A stretch of DNA of 63,210 bases, counting the filler, from Aduncisulcus paluster (taxonomy: Eukaryota), in assembly GCA_024181965.1 (NCBI GenBank). It is 4 parts of 4 records of this genome, joined end to end, with 100 filler letters (N's around TTAATTAATTAA, not from the genome) between each part and the next. Parts side by side here need not be neighbours in the genome. Positions count along the whole stretch, not along the records: positions 26,066 to 52,858 come from BQXS01010803.1; 3 more parts are not named here. One strand, given 5' to 3'. The position numbers and the translations under genes were made by a program. The stretch's first letter is position 1. The number at the start of each line of letters is the position of its first letter. Under the pieces are notes generated by a model. It searched no databases. It was not told where the DNA came from and saw only the letters and a list, made by a program, of their open reading frames with translations. This document shows, piece after piece, positions 32,924-45,671 of the stretch.

Positions 32924-35900
32924 ATGCCTTCAAAGTTTATTGAAAGCATCCACTTTTGCAAAAAAAAGTTTCACTTGTTCCGGTGGGATTTTTTCCTTTT
33001 GTGTATTCTATACTCTATTTCTGTGGTGCCTTGCCTGAAAAAATTTGTTAAAGCATACAATGATGTTCAAACCATGGATGAGCTTAACGTACCTATGGAT
33101 GATTTGGAGCCTGAAGAGATTGAAGTTCTTGATGAGATGAGAGGTGAAGTCTACAAATCATTTTATCTTTCTCTTTTGTATCTGTTCATTCCTGTCATTA
33201 TTCATATCGTTATTATCCTTCTTAGATTTTGGTCAAACAGATATTCCGCAAAGACTGGTTGGACTCTTTCTACTTCAAAAAGAGCAAGCCATGTCATAAT
33301 ATATCCTAAAAAGGATTGTGGTAGCCCAGCTATTTGTAAAATTAAGGAGTCCCCTCGCCATAGTAGGTATATTGAGTATCAAGCGGGGAAATATCTTTTG
33401 AATTCTGATGATTCCTTTGTATCTCTTCCATATCCTGTCACAATCTCATATTCTGAAGTTAAGGAGGTTTGTGTAAATGGAGGTCTGTCCAAAGAAGATG
33501 TTGAATCTAAACAAGATCTCTTTGGAATGAACGAAGTTGATATTAGTGTTCCTAAGTTTGGAGAAGTAATTAAAGAGCATTTTATGGCTCCTTTCTTTGT
33601 TTTCCAGATCTTTACCTCTGTTTTATGGTTATTGGATGATGCTAAGTTGTTCTCCTTGTTCTCCTTGTTTATGCAGTTGGTAATGGAATGTGTGAGTGCT
33701 TTCCAGTCTCTGCAGAATCGTAAAGATATTGTCAACATGGCTCCAAGGACATCCCTTGTTTACTGTCTCCGTGATGGTAGATGGGCCAAAATCAAGAGTT
33801 CTCTCCTTGTTCCTGGTGATATCATCAGCTTGGCCCCCGTTGAGGGCCATAAAGAGAAAGAGACCAAGGGAAGAAGAAGAGCGTAAGTTAGCTATGGCTG
33901 AAGCTGAGAAGAAGCGTGCATCTGAAGAGAAGCTCTCTAAACTCATGAGCACTATCACCATGCTCTTCCCTCCTCTTGCTAGTTCTTTGAACTCTAACCC
34001 AACCTCCTCTGTTTCTCATTCTATTCCTGTTCTTTCCTCAATCGTTCCTTGCGATTGTGTCTGTATCAATGGGAGCTGTGTCGTCAATGAGAGTATGTTA
34101 ACTGGTGAAGCTACTCCTCAGGTCAAAGCCAGTATCTCTGTTGTTGACGGAGAGAAGGGAAAGGGAGAGGAAGAAGAAGAGGGAGGAATTGAGATTGATA
34201 AACAGAAAGGAATCTGTCTGTTCGCCGGTACAACTCTCCTCCAGACAACTCACTCAAACAAACCTATTCCCACTCCAAACAAGGGTTGTTTGTGTGTCTG
34301 TGTGAGAAGTGGTGGTGGAACTAGTCAAGGATCTCTATTCAGAATGATTGCTTTCGATACCGAGAAAGCCACTGTGAATACCACAGAGTCTCTTGTATTC
34401 ATGGTATCTCTCTTGATTGTGGCTACTATCGCTGCTTACCATGTCATTGTCCGTGGTCTTGAACATAAGGTTGCCACAGTTCCTCGTCTTGTTCTGGATG
34501 CTGTTCTCATTGTTGTTAGTGTTGTTCCTCCTGAATTGCCTACTGTTCTTTCTCTGTCCATCAACAATGCCCTCAGAAGTCTGAAGAAGGCATTTGTTTT
34601 CTGCACACAACCTTTCCGTATCCCCATGGCTGGTTCTCTCTCGGTCGCTTGCTTTGATAAGACAGGAACGTTGACTGAAGATAAAGTTATTGTCACCAGT
34701 GTGTGGTGTAGCGATGATGATACTTATGCCAAATCGACATCTGACAAGAAGACCCCCAAGAAAACTGATAAGAAGAAGAAGATCAAGATGTCTTCTTCCT
34801 CCCCAGAGTGTTCTTCTCCTTCGGATTCGTCCAAACCTCTCTACTTCTCCCATGAACCAGCTCGTATCAATGCCGAGTGTATGGATGTCATTGGTGGATG
34901 TCACAGTGTTGTCGTTGTCGAGGAAGAGGACTCTGTGTCTGGCAAGATCAAGAAAGTCCCATCGGGAGATAGTCTTGAAGTTGTTTCTCTCAAGTCAACT
35001 GGCTTCTCTCTCACAGCTAGCAGTACAGTTAGCAAGACTATTTGTGTCTGGGGTGTTAAGAACAAGGATATCATGAGACGTATCAACATTATGAAACGGT
35101 TCCCATTCTCCTCTGCACTGAAGAGGATGAGCTGTGTCATTGGTGTCACAAAGGGACGTGGTGGCGTGGAACAGAAGAAGATCGTTGTCAAGGGTGCCCC
35201 TGATGTCATTTCTCCTCTTCTTGCCTCTGTGCCGGCCTCTTATGAAACACAATACAAGAAACTCACGAAACAAGGCTTCCGTGTTCTCACTCTTGCTTGG
35301 AAACCCCTTGACTCCTCAGTGAATGCCTCTGGCATTAGTCGGAAAGATGCTGAGTCCGATCTCATTTTCTGTGGATTCCTTGTCATCACGTCCCCAATCA
35401 AACCTCAGAGTCGAGGAACTATCACAAACCTTCAAAATAGTGGCCATCGGTGTATGATGATCACTGGAGACGCTCTCTTGNNNNNNNNNNNNNNNNNNNN
35501 GTGTCACAAAGGGACGTGGTGGCGTGGAACAGAAGAAGATCGTTGTCAAGGGTGCCCCTGATGTCATTTCTCCTCTTCTTGCCTCTGTGCCGGCCTCTTA
35601 TGAAACACAATACAAGAAACTCACGAAACAAGGCTTCCGTGTTCTCACTCTTGCTTGGAAACCCCTTGACTCCTCAGTGAATGCCTCTGGAATTAGTCGG
35701 AAAGATGCTGAGTCCGATCTCATTTTCTGTGGATTCCTTGTCATCACGTCCCCAATCAAACCTCAGAGTCGAGGAACTATCACAAACCTTCAAAATAGTG
35801 GCCATCGGTGTATGATGATCACTGGAGACGCTCTCTTGACGAGTATCAGCGTTGCCAAGGATGTCAATATGGTTGGAAAAGATCAAAAACTGTGGAAAAT

Positions 35901-37299
35901 TGTCGGTGAATGTAAGAAGGAAGAATCTGAAGAGCTTCCTTCATTCGTTGAGCTTCTTGATGAAGAGACTGGTGAGACAAAGAAGAGCTCTGATCCTCTG
36001 GCCGATGGTCTGGTGTGTATCAGCGAGGGAAAAGCTCTACAACCTTTCCTCCTCCCTGCTCGGTTATACTCCCCATTGACTTTGTCTTTGGTCTCATGTC
36101 TCTCTATCGCTTCCAGAGCTACCCCGGACGATAAGGCCGCCATTGTCCGTGCTTTGAGACGTTGTGGAGAAGGTGTTTTCTGTTGTGGAGATGGCACAAA
36201 CGATGTTGGTGCTCTCAAGAATGCAGATGTCGGTATTGCGTTGTTTGAAAGCGCTGACTATCGTCTCCAAAAGAAGCTTGAAAATGCCAAGAAGAGGTAC
36301 CGTGCTCAACAACTTAATCCACAAGCCATGTACAGGAAAGCTGGTGAACTTGCCAAGCAACGCAAGACTTCCCTTGACTTTGAGTTGAAGACTTTGTATC
36401 AGCAACACAAGAAAGCCATCTACAAGGAATGTGGTATTGCCTGTCCTGATGATCTCCCTATGAACCCAAGGAGTGAGTTCTCTGCTCTTCTGGAAGAAGA
36501 GGAAGAAGGTATGCTTGTGAAGGTCGGAGATGCTTCAATTGCTGCTCCATTCACTGCCAAAAGTGGTCGTATCGAGGATGCTTTGAAGGTTGTCCGTCAA
36601 GGAAGATGCACATTGGTAAGTACTATCCAGATGTACAAGGTTCTTGCACTCACATCCGTATCCTCTGCCTATTCTTTGTCTGTTCTGTTCCTTGATGGTG
36701 TTCGTAGCCATGAATACCAACTTATTGTGAGTTCTCTCGCCTCAACTGCTCTGTTCTATGCCGTCTCTGATGCTAAACCCCTGGATACTCTCGCTTCCAC
36801 TCCTCCTCCCCACTCTGTGCTGAACTTGGGTGTTGTCTTCAGTATAATCGGTCAGGCCATCATGGAGATGGTTGTGCTGATATTCAGTGGTCATTTGTGT
36901 AAAGAATACTCTGGAGTAACTGTCCGCAAGACTGTTCCTTTCAAACACGAATTTGAAGAGTCACTCACAAATACTGTTTTGTTTATTGTCCAATTTTGCC
37001 TCGATGTCGCATGCATTACTGTCAATTATCAAGGAAAGCCACACACTCAGAGCATTTTCCAGAATAAGAAATTACTTTTCAGTGTTGTTGGAAGCGTTGG
37101 AGCTGTATTCGTTTTGGCTAGTCAGATGTTCCCTGAAATCAACACTATGCTCAAGCTTAAGGCCATGTCAAACGATCTTAGATGGAAGGTCCTTGGACTT
37201 TGTATAGCTCACTTTGTTATATGTTGGGTTTGGGATCGTCTTTGTCTTTTCCTGTTTAGAGGAAGATCTGTTCAAAGAAAAAGAGAAAAATCTGAATAA
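32924..37299 (+). CDS. ATP13A1: P5A-type ATPase (Spf1/ATP13A1); +1 frame break near 33868 and a gap-associated duplication
   Basis: PFFVFQIF, NESMLTGE, VVPPELP (P5 signature), CFDKTGTLT, KGAPD, MITGD, GDGTNDVGALK, GDASIAAPFT, RQGRCTLV. Start is ATG 32891 or 32924. Confidence 0.93.
35143..35838 (+). repeat. 338-bp direct repeat flanking a 20-N gap (35481-35500); unmerged contig overlap
   Basis: 35143-35480 equals 35501-35838 apart from C35333/A35691. Confidence 0.92.
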
Positions 37300-37664
37300 T
37301 TCAAATTCTTTCAATAAATATTGCCGATTTTAAACATTAATATTCATTTATCTTTCTTAATCAAGAAATTAAAATTTTCAAAACTATATCTCGAAATATA
37401 AGCCATATGAATAGGTTTTAATGGAATATTTTTATTACTTGGATATTTTTCTTGGTCTATTTGGCATTATCATCCCATGGATATTCAAGGATTTCGGAAT
37501 AGTTCTTCCATTTTGTATCTCGATGGAAATGGATATTATACAAAAATAAAATCGAATTGACAAATTAAAAGCCTCTATACTCTCTAAATTTTGCAACTAT
37601 AAAGTTGAAAAATATAAGAAATTTTCTCTGCATAATTTCGGGCTATTTGACTCAGAAATCAACA

Positions 37665-38465
37665 ATGTCCAGCCCCTCTATCAGATATAGAACCGATGAA
37701 TCCATGAAGGATACTATTGCTTCATCCCCATCTCGTATGAGACTTCATGCTTTATCCACAAAACTCTCTTCTCTTCAAAGTGGTTTAGAGGAGGAAAAAA
37801 TGCAGCGTAGAGATGCAATTGAGACCAAACTTAAAGTTCTTGACGAGAAATTATCTCGTTCTCAATTATCTGAGGCTGCAAAGCTGAAATTGTTGAAAGA
37901 TCAAATCGGAAAACTTCAAGAAGCGCTTGCCACTGAACGTGTGTCGAGAGAAATCCTTGATGAACGTAAGAAGAAGGAGCTTGGTCTTGTTGAATCTTCA
38001 ATTACTCTTGATTTGAATGTCGAAAGGCAACAACGTAAAGATGGTGAGGCTAAGTTGATGAAGAGCATTGAAGAGCGTGTATTTGCTGTCAGACTTGAGC
38101 TTGTTAAGGAGAAAAAGGCTAGAGAGGAAGCTGAAGAAAGACAGACCCGTGAAGTTAGCGAAGAAGTGGGTCGTATTGCTGATGCTCTTGAACAAGAGAG
38201 AAGAACCAGGAAAGAAAAGTATAGCGCTCTCGTCCGCAAACTTCAAGATGAAATTTCCAAGTTACAAGAGGTTGTCGGTCAGGAGAAAAAGATTAGAGAA
38301 GAAAGTGAGACTACTTTGTTTAGAATGTTAGAGGATGTGTCAGCAAACATTCAAGTTGAAATTGACAAGGAAAAAGAAGATAGAGAAGGCACAGAAGAGA
38401 CCATTTTGAAGCTTCTTGAAGAGACTGTTGTTGGTGTCGAACATGGTCTTGAATCAAACCCTTAA
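37665..38465 (+). CDS. SF-assemblin/beta-giardin family striated-fibre protein
   Basis: 266 aa: short Ser/Pro head, then coiled coil LEEEKMQRR...E..ERxxRE ending EDREGTEETILKLLEETV. Confidence 0.8.
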   Translation: MSSPSIRYRTDESMKDTIASSPSRMRLHALSTKLSSLQSGLEEEKMQRRDAIETKLKVLDEKLSRSQLSEAAKLKLLKDQIGKLQEALATERVSREILDERKKKELGLVESSITLDLNVERQQRKDGEAKLMKSIEERVFAVRLELVKEKKAREEAEERQTREVSEEVGRIADALEQERRTRKEKYSALVRKLQDEISKLQEVVGQEKKIREESETTLFRMLEDVSANIQVEIDKEKEDREGTEETILKLLEETVVGVEHGLESNP

Positions 38466-38597
38466 TGTAATTCTGTACACTAATAAAATCTCAGAGATGT
38501 TATTATTATTGATTTTGTTTGTGCTTTTGTATCCTATTTACTCATTGTATCTGAAAAAACAGAAACAAAATTGATTTCCCTTTTTTCTCGGCAGACA

Positions 38598-41500
38598 ATG
38601 TATTTAATTCCAGATAAAGGATCAAAAAAGAAGAAAAGGATCCAGAGCTTTAGAGATCTGCAAAAGTACTTCTCCGCTGCCGACAAGGAAGAAAAATTTC
38701 AAATGTCAATAGATTTATTGCCACCAAGCCATACATCAATAATATGGGGAATGATTGATTCTTGCGATGAAGTAAGATTGTTATGTACAAAAGTAATCAC
38801 TGATTTTGTTGTTATTTTGTGTGAGCTTGAGTCTGAGAAAGATGACTCTCTCAAAAAGCTAAATGAAGCTACCCCTTTTATTTTAACCCAAATTACTCAA
38901 CGTTTTTCGGCTGATAAGGCTCCAAGAAACTTTGGAAGTTCAGACCACTTAGCATTAGCCACCTCTCTTGGTTTCAAGGATTCTACGCCTGTTCCTTCTG
39001 TTCATAATCCATTAGAACGTTCGGATGAGGTAAAAGAAGCTATTATATATCTGCTAACAATTATTGTTGATTGTTTAACACCCTCATGTCTTTCTATTTT
39101 TTCAGACGAGATTAGTAATATCTTGATCTGTGGCACTCTCGATGAATGCCCAAAAATTAAACAAAAATCAATTGAACTTGTTAGAATTTGGTCAGATAAA
39201 CTGCCAGAAGATGCTGGATTGCGGTCCGAGAGGCTTATAGGTGCTCTTCTGATTGGTGGGATCAATAAGGGAAAACTCCGGATTAGATGTCTTGCAATTC
39301 AAGCTGCTGTTTCAGTTGTGAGTGGAAGAGGTAAGAATGAGACTGTTACACGTCACTTGGTAGAAAGGCTCATCGTTCTTAATCGTGATCCGAAAATTGG
39401 AGTCAGACTCTGTTTGGCTGAACAAATTGGGACATTGCTGACAAAACACGTTGATAGACATACTTTAGGACCTGTATTCACTTCATGTTTGTTGTCCTTA
39501 CTCTCTGATCCCTCTGAAGAGGTTGCTCGTGTTGCATTGAATTCACTTGAACAAGGAGGTGAACAATTACTTCAAGACGATAAGAAACGGTACAAACAAC
39601 TCATTAATTTCCAAGATTCTCTGTCGGCACCCATTACTCCCTATAAACAGGCCTACCTCCCTTTCTGCAGCCATCCAATTGTTACAAGACCCTCTTTAGG
39701 ATCCAGATTGCTCGTTAAGAATTGTTTATCGAGAATAATTGGTGTGGTTGTCACGGAGCTCACTGATCCTATCCTTTCCGTTCGTATTCGGGCACTTCGT
39801 CTTCTTGGACACATCATTGCTCATTCCGAACGTGAAATTGCCCGTTATTCCTCATCAATTATTGAAGGTCTTTCTGGAGCCTTTGAAGGTGTAGACTTTC
39901 AAGGAATTAGTCAAAACAGCCGTTTCTCTACTTCTTCTTCTGTTCCAAGTTCCTCTGGATCTGGCAGTGAGACATCTATGGCTGGAGCAAGATACATACG
40001 TGATGGTGGTAAGTTATTTACTTCCGTCGATTCAATGGTTAACTCTGCTACTGGATCGGGATCTTTGCAATCCTCCACCACCCCATCTCGTCCTCACGTT
40101 GAACTTTCTCGCTACGGTCTTGATAAGTACCATCGTGAACGTCAGATGAAGTTAGAAGAAGAGAAAAGAATGCTTCGTCTCTCTTCATCTCCGTGTGCCC
40201 CCTGTGTTGGAGTCTGTGGTGGGGTCATTAACGATGACGATCAGCGAGTCGGGAAAGAAGAGAAAGAGCTTATGTTTGAAATGAGAAAGACCAGTGCTCT
40301 TCTGTTCCTCTCGTTGCCCCTGTCCATTTCTCTAAACCACCTTTCCCACCTCTCTTGTGGAAGGTCATGTATGGCTAGCTCTGTTTCAGTCAGTGAGGAG
40401 AGGAAAGGATGTGCGTTCTTTATGCTTTCTGTGCTATACGATGTGTGGGCCTGTGTGTATGAATGTGGAGGGAAAAGGAGAGATTCTGCCAAGGAGGAAG
40501 ATGGAGGGAAATTGGAAGATGATGAGGATAAAAAGGAGAAAGGAGAGAAGAAGGGAAGAAGAAGAAAAGGAGAAAACTGGAGATTCTACTGTACATGAAG
40601 AAATTGCCTTCTGGGCCAGTTGTGTGTATGACTTATTAGGAATGCAAATCCGACTCCATCTTAAGCGTGAAGTTAAGATCCACGAAGATTTCAAATCTTT
40701 ATCTTCGTTCGTGTCAACCCTATCCACAGTTGACAAGACTCGAACATTCTTTGCTGAATTTGTTCTCTCCGCAGTTGGACTCCTCAAGGTTGTCCAAGAA
40801 ATGGAGGTGAAAAAACAAAGGGAGATTCTTGAAGAAGAGAAGAGGGAGAAAGAGAAAAGGGAGCATAGAGCAATGGTTGATAAACGAGAGGCTGAGAGGG
40901 GAAGTTCTTCTTCCACGGTTAAAGTATCGCCATCTCAACTGGACAATTCTTCCTCTTCCTCCTCTTCTTCCATTCGCCAATTCCCATCTCCCCTCTCACC
41001 AACTCAATCTATTGGCAAACTTCTAACGTTGTTATGTCTTCTTCTTGCTGCCCCTCTTTCGCTTTCCTCTGCTTCTTTCTCTGCTCTGTGTGGACTCGAT
41101 GGTTTGTGTAATATTGGAGTAACTCTTCTGGAAGAGGACTCATCCTCTGTTTTGACTCATATCTTCCCTCTTGTGAGTCATACACTGATCAAACATAGCA
41201 AGGATGAGTGGACACAGATTGAGTCTCCTTCCTTGTCTGCCCTGTGCATTCTTCTCCTCGGATATTCTCCTGTACAATTCCACACTTTTATCGGGAAAGA
41301 CATGTCTGTGCGTCCATATATCTATTCAGAAGCCCTGAAATGTCAGAGACGTCACTCCACCGGACTCTTGCAACCAGCAGTTGCTCGCATCTTTACTTGT
41401 GATTCCCTCTCTACGAAACCATATTTGAATGCTATGAAAGGTATTCTAAAGTCTATAATGAATGGAATGAAGATTGGATGTGATCAAGGTGTCAGAGCTA

Positions 41501-42862
41501 AATTATCATCTTTGCTCCTCAAGGTCATTCAATTCTCATGTGAATGTATTAATCTCGAGGCGTGTGTGCGTGTTAACTCGGCTTCCTTGCCCATATTGCG
41601 TGTGCTTATGAATGGTATTCCTCCCTTGTGTGCTTGGAGGGCTGGTAAGCTCTGTGGACGTGTTCGAAGCAATCTTTTGGATACAATATATGTGTGTTTC
41701 GGTGTTCAACGTCTGTGGGATGAACATGAAAAGGATGATAGGAGTGAATATATACCCGTTGATATTGGATATTGTTCCGATGTTATTGGGGTTTTACGAG
41801 GAGGAATGGATGATGAGGAAGATAAGGTTAGAACCAGTGTTATTCGTCTTAGTGGGCAAATATTCTCCATGTTCAATGGCGTGAACATGAAACATTTGGT
41901 GGAACTTCAGAAACAGCAAGATCAATTGGAGCTTCCTAAAATGGATACTTCTCATGAAGAAAAAGATGAAGAAGAAGTTGATGTAATTGAAGAGAAAGAC
42001 GAGGATGAAGATGTTATTGATTTCCGCAAGTCTATTTCTCCCTCTGCTTTCTCCTCATTGTTGTCTTCACTCTTCTTGGGTGTATCAAATCGTCTTGCTG
42101 ATAGTACCTCTTCAAATGCTTCTCTCGCTGCTAATGTTCTTTGTTCTTTCCCTCTTCTTCTTGCGTGTCCAAGTGATTTGTGTTCTGTTAGTTCCATTTT
42201 ATCACTCCACATTGACGATGAAAGGGAATCCGTTCGTTTGGCATGTCGTGACACTCTTGTATCTTTCATTACATTGCTTGGGCATCCCTTGAATAGCGTT
42301 GATTATGAGAGCATTCTCACACATCTTCCTCACGGATGTGTTCCAACATGCATGCTTCTTGATGATTATTGGATTCCGCAAGTCTATTTCTCCCTCTGCT
42401 TTCTCCTCATTGTTGTCTTCACTCTTCTTGGGTGTATCAAATCGTCTTGCTGATAGTACCTCTTCAAATGCTTCTCTCGCTGCTAATGTTCTTTGTTCTT
42501 TCCCTCTTCTTCTTGCGTGTCCAAGTGATTTGTGTTCTGTTAGTTCCATTTTATCACTCCACATTGACGATGAAAGGGAATCCGTTCGTTTGGCATGTCG
42601 TGACACTCTTGTATCTTTCATTACATTGCTTGGGCATCCCTTGAATAGCGTTGATTATGAGAGCATTCTCACACATCTTCCTCACGGATGTGTTCCAACA
42701 TGCATGCTTCTTGATGATTATTGGATTCCTGTTATGGATGCCAAGAGGAAAGAATTGTTTGCTGAATGTATCAAAGAGTATGAAAAACGAAAGGTCAAGG
42801 CAAGAAACACAAAGGCTATTGAGACAATTGATGCTGTTATTGCTCGTTATTCCTCGAAATAG
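38598..42862 (+). CDS. DNAAF5: Dynein axonemal assembly factor 5 (HEATR2); +1 frame break near 40553 and a 352-bp duplication
   Basis: HEAT repeats. ERSDEVK, RPSLGSRLLVKNCLSRII...ELTD...VRIRALRLL and WRAGKLCGRVR match recalled DNAAF5 motifs, which lie on both sides of the frame break. Confidence 0.8.
42022..42729 (+). repeat. Tandem duplication, unit 352 bp, frame-breaking
   Basis: ttccgcaagtctatttc at 42022 and 42374; both copies end ggattcc. Confidence 0.93.
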
Positions 42863-43342
42863 ATTGGCTATTCTAAGACTAATAATAAGTCACTAGTTAG
42901 ATTTATTTAAAAATTAACTGAAATGGTATAACATTGACTACATTTTCAGTGGAATAATGAGCTGCATATGCAGACCAAAGAATGGAAACCAATTCCAGCT
43001 TGGTGGCCAACAATTTTCGATACATGAGAAAGATATGTATTTTCGTCTCAAATGGGAAGATTATCGACAGGAATAAATATTATATTTCATCAGTATATTG
43101 TGTGAATTCTAAATGCCAACAATGTCTTGCTGCAATTTAGAATGAATGAAAGAGGAGTGGAATCAAGTGAAAAGGCATATTATGATAAATAATCTATCGT
43201 ATATATCCCAATGATGGTAACATCTATGGTTTTAGTCGTGATTTTTATCACTGAGAAATCAAGAGTCACCATATTCAATATCACAATTTTTCTGAAAATA
43301 AAAAAGAGAGGTGAAAACTAACACCCAAATGGCACAAAATAA

Positions 43343-45346
43343 TTACAATTTCTTCGAATCGCTCTCTTCTCCCACACTTGGTTCATCGATCAATGGATCC
43401 TCTTCCTGATTCGCACAGGCACATCCAGTCATGCCCTGAAGAGCACCAAATACAACGCCAACAAATTCTGACATGTGCATGAACGATGATTCAAGGTAGT
43501 TTAGTTCCTCAGGAAGGGTAGATATTTGTTCTTTATGGACCTCAGAGGGATTGAGAGTACCTCCAGATGGAACAAAGGACTCCACAACTTCCTCATCGGC
43601 ATCAAATAGTTGCATTCCTTCGTTGACAACACATTGAAGGTAACAATTCGTGTTGAGGGTTACACTCGAACTTGAGGAGCTTTCGACTTCTTCGTCGTAA
43701 TAGGAATAAGATATCTCATCATCAAGAGAGAAGGCACTCTGTTTGGATTCTAATGATTCTTTTTTATCTCCTTCTTCTTTCTCTTCCTCACTGATATCAT
43801 CTTTCGCATGAAAGGCATCCCAATGTTCATCAATAGTCTGATCTGAGGGTTGGACATCCTGAGATTCACTTTTTCCAGCGTCTCTAGCCTCTTCTTTGCT
43901 ATATTTGGATATTGAATCAGAAGTCGTCGCGGTGGGGTCTGTTTTTGAACGGCTTGCTTCCTCAACAGTGCTCATATCGCCAGTAAACTTCACTTTGCTT
44001 CATGGATNNNNNNNNNNNNNNNNNNNNTCTCCTTCTTCTTTCTCTTCCTCACTGATATCATCTTTCGCATGAAAGGCATCCCAATGTTCATCAATAGTCT
44101 GATCTGAGGGTTGGACATCCTGAGATTCACTTTTTCCAGCGTCTCTAGCCTCTTCTTTGCTATATTTGGATATTGAATCAGAAGTCGTCGCGGTGGGGTC
44201 TGTTTTTGAACGGCTTGATTCCTCAACAGTGCTCATATCGCCAGTAAACTTCACTTTGCTTCCTTCTAAAATACTCTGGACAGATAATGGGTATGCTTTG
44301 GATCCTCTCTTCCTTTTTCTATGCATTCTGTGTTTCGTCAAAAGATCGGATGATGGATGAGTTGAAATGCCCTCAGAAGTCCGTTTGGCTGCTTCAAACT
44401 TGATTGTATCATGGGGAGGAACAATAAAACAATTCTGATTCTTTTTCTTGTATGGAAAGAATTCAATGAGATAAGTATGGATCTTAAGACCGGCATCATG
44501 AAGGATATTTTGGGCCGAATTCATGGAGTGGAAACATATTGTACCTGTGCTCCAGGCCATATGAGCGTTGTGCCAACTCCAAGATTTTATCATTCCATAT
44601 TTATGCTCAAGCAACATGCGGATTCTAAATGAGGTAACAACGCCCGAGGAGGATTGTAGATCGGTCCTATTCACATGAATTGCACGATCATCATCAGTTG
44701 GAATCTGTGAAGTCGGAGGAATGCGAGAAATAACCAGGAAGAGGGAGCGAATTGTTTGAGTCTCTGAGGGATCTTTAGAGGGTAATTTTGGAAGGTTGGT
44801 ATAGACAAAAAAACAATCAAGCATGGAAAATAACAAGGAATACCAATTGATAGTGAATTGTATTCGAATTCTAACCTTTGGTTTTCGCCCAGATTTGTGT
44901 TCAGTTGATACAATTGTAAAATTATCTTTTCCAATGGAATCAGAAAGAATTTGTTTGACATAATCGATTATACTACCGATATATACAGCACTTCTCTCAA
45001 ATAAATTACACTCTTTTGATTCGGGATATGGAGCAACACTTAAAATCATATTATATTTGGGTGTTTTAAAATGTTGCAAGAATTGATCCCTTGAATAAAA
45101 CAACATGAACTGAGTATCATCACATGGCAATTTTTCAACGTATTCTTTCATTGATAGATCAGATGTTCCAATAATATGATTCTCAAGTTTTTCAATGTTC
45201 ACAATGGATGGATTACTAGAAATAATAACCGTTTTATCCGACAATAATGCATCTGTTTTGCGAATGGAAGTGATCCATCCTTGTGGGGAATTGAAAATGG
45301 TAATTATATATTCAAAGGCTAAAACTTGTTCTTTACGTAAATTCAT
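43343..45346 (-). CDS. Hypothetical protein with possible degenerate RRM and acidic C-terminus; split by a 20-N gap
   Basis: ORFs 44000-45346 and 43343-43993 overlap through the duplicated flank. LFLVISRIP...IRMLLEHKYGMI...TGTICFHSMNSAQNIL is RRM-like; HRKRKR is a possible NLS. Confidence 0.6.
43767..44262 (+). repeat. 235-bp direct repeat flanking a 20-N gap (44008-44027)
   Basis: 43767-44001 equals 44028-44262 apart from C43957/A44218. Confidence 0.92.
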
Positions 45347-45671
45347 TAAAAATAAGGCAATATTTTATATTATAACTTGATCCTGTCGGGAGAAAAATCG
45401 ATTCGATGCATGTCGTAAAAAAATATGATAAATTGCTGAAATAAGCTAATCATAATAAACAATCCCATTGATATCCTCAATATTTTCATATTGAAAATGA
45501 TTTCTAGGCCATTAACTGGAAAGAAATCCCGTGGGTACTTATATTTCAATATTAAAATAATAAAAATGATTGAAATATTAAGGGCTCTATGCACATCGAT
45601 GTTTTTATTGTGTAAACTCTATAAATTTATTAGTCAAAGAAAAGTTTGTAAAATTTTCTGTCTTTGAAGGA

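Noticed and set aside
33379-37207. Many short overlapping ORFs within the ATPase and other long genes
   Set aside because: Alternative-frame or antisense by-products of codon bias, with no motifs of their own.
42957-43140. Short ORF MSCICRPKNGNQFQLGG...YFRLKW plus YCVNSKCQQCLAAI as a FLYWCH/MULE transposase relic
   Set aside because: Too short and fragmented; no terminal repeats or DDE domain seen.
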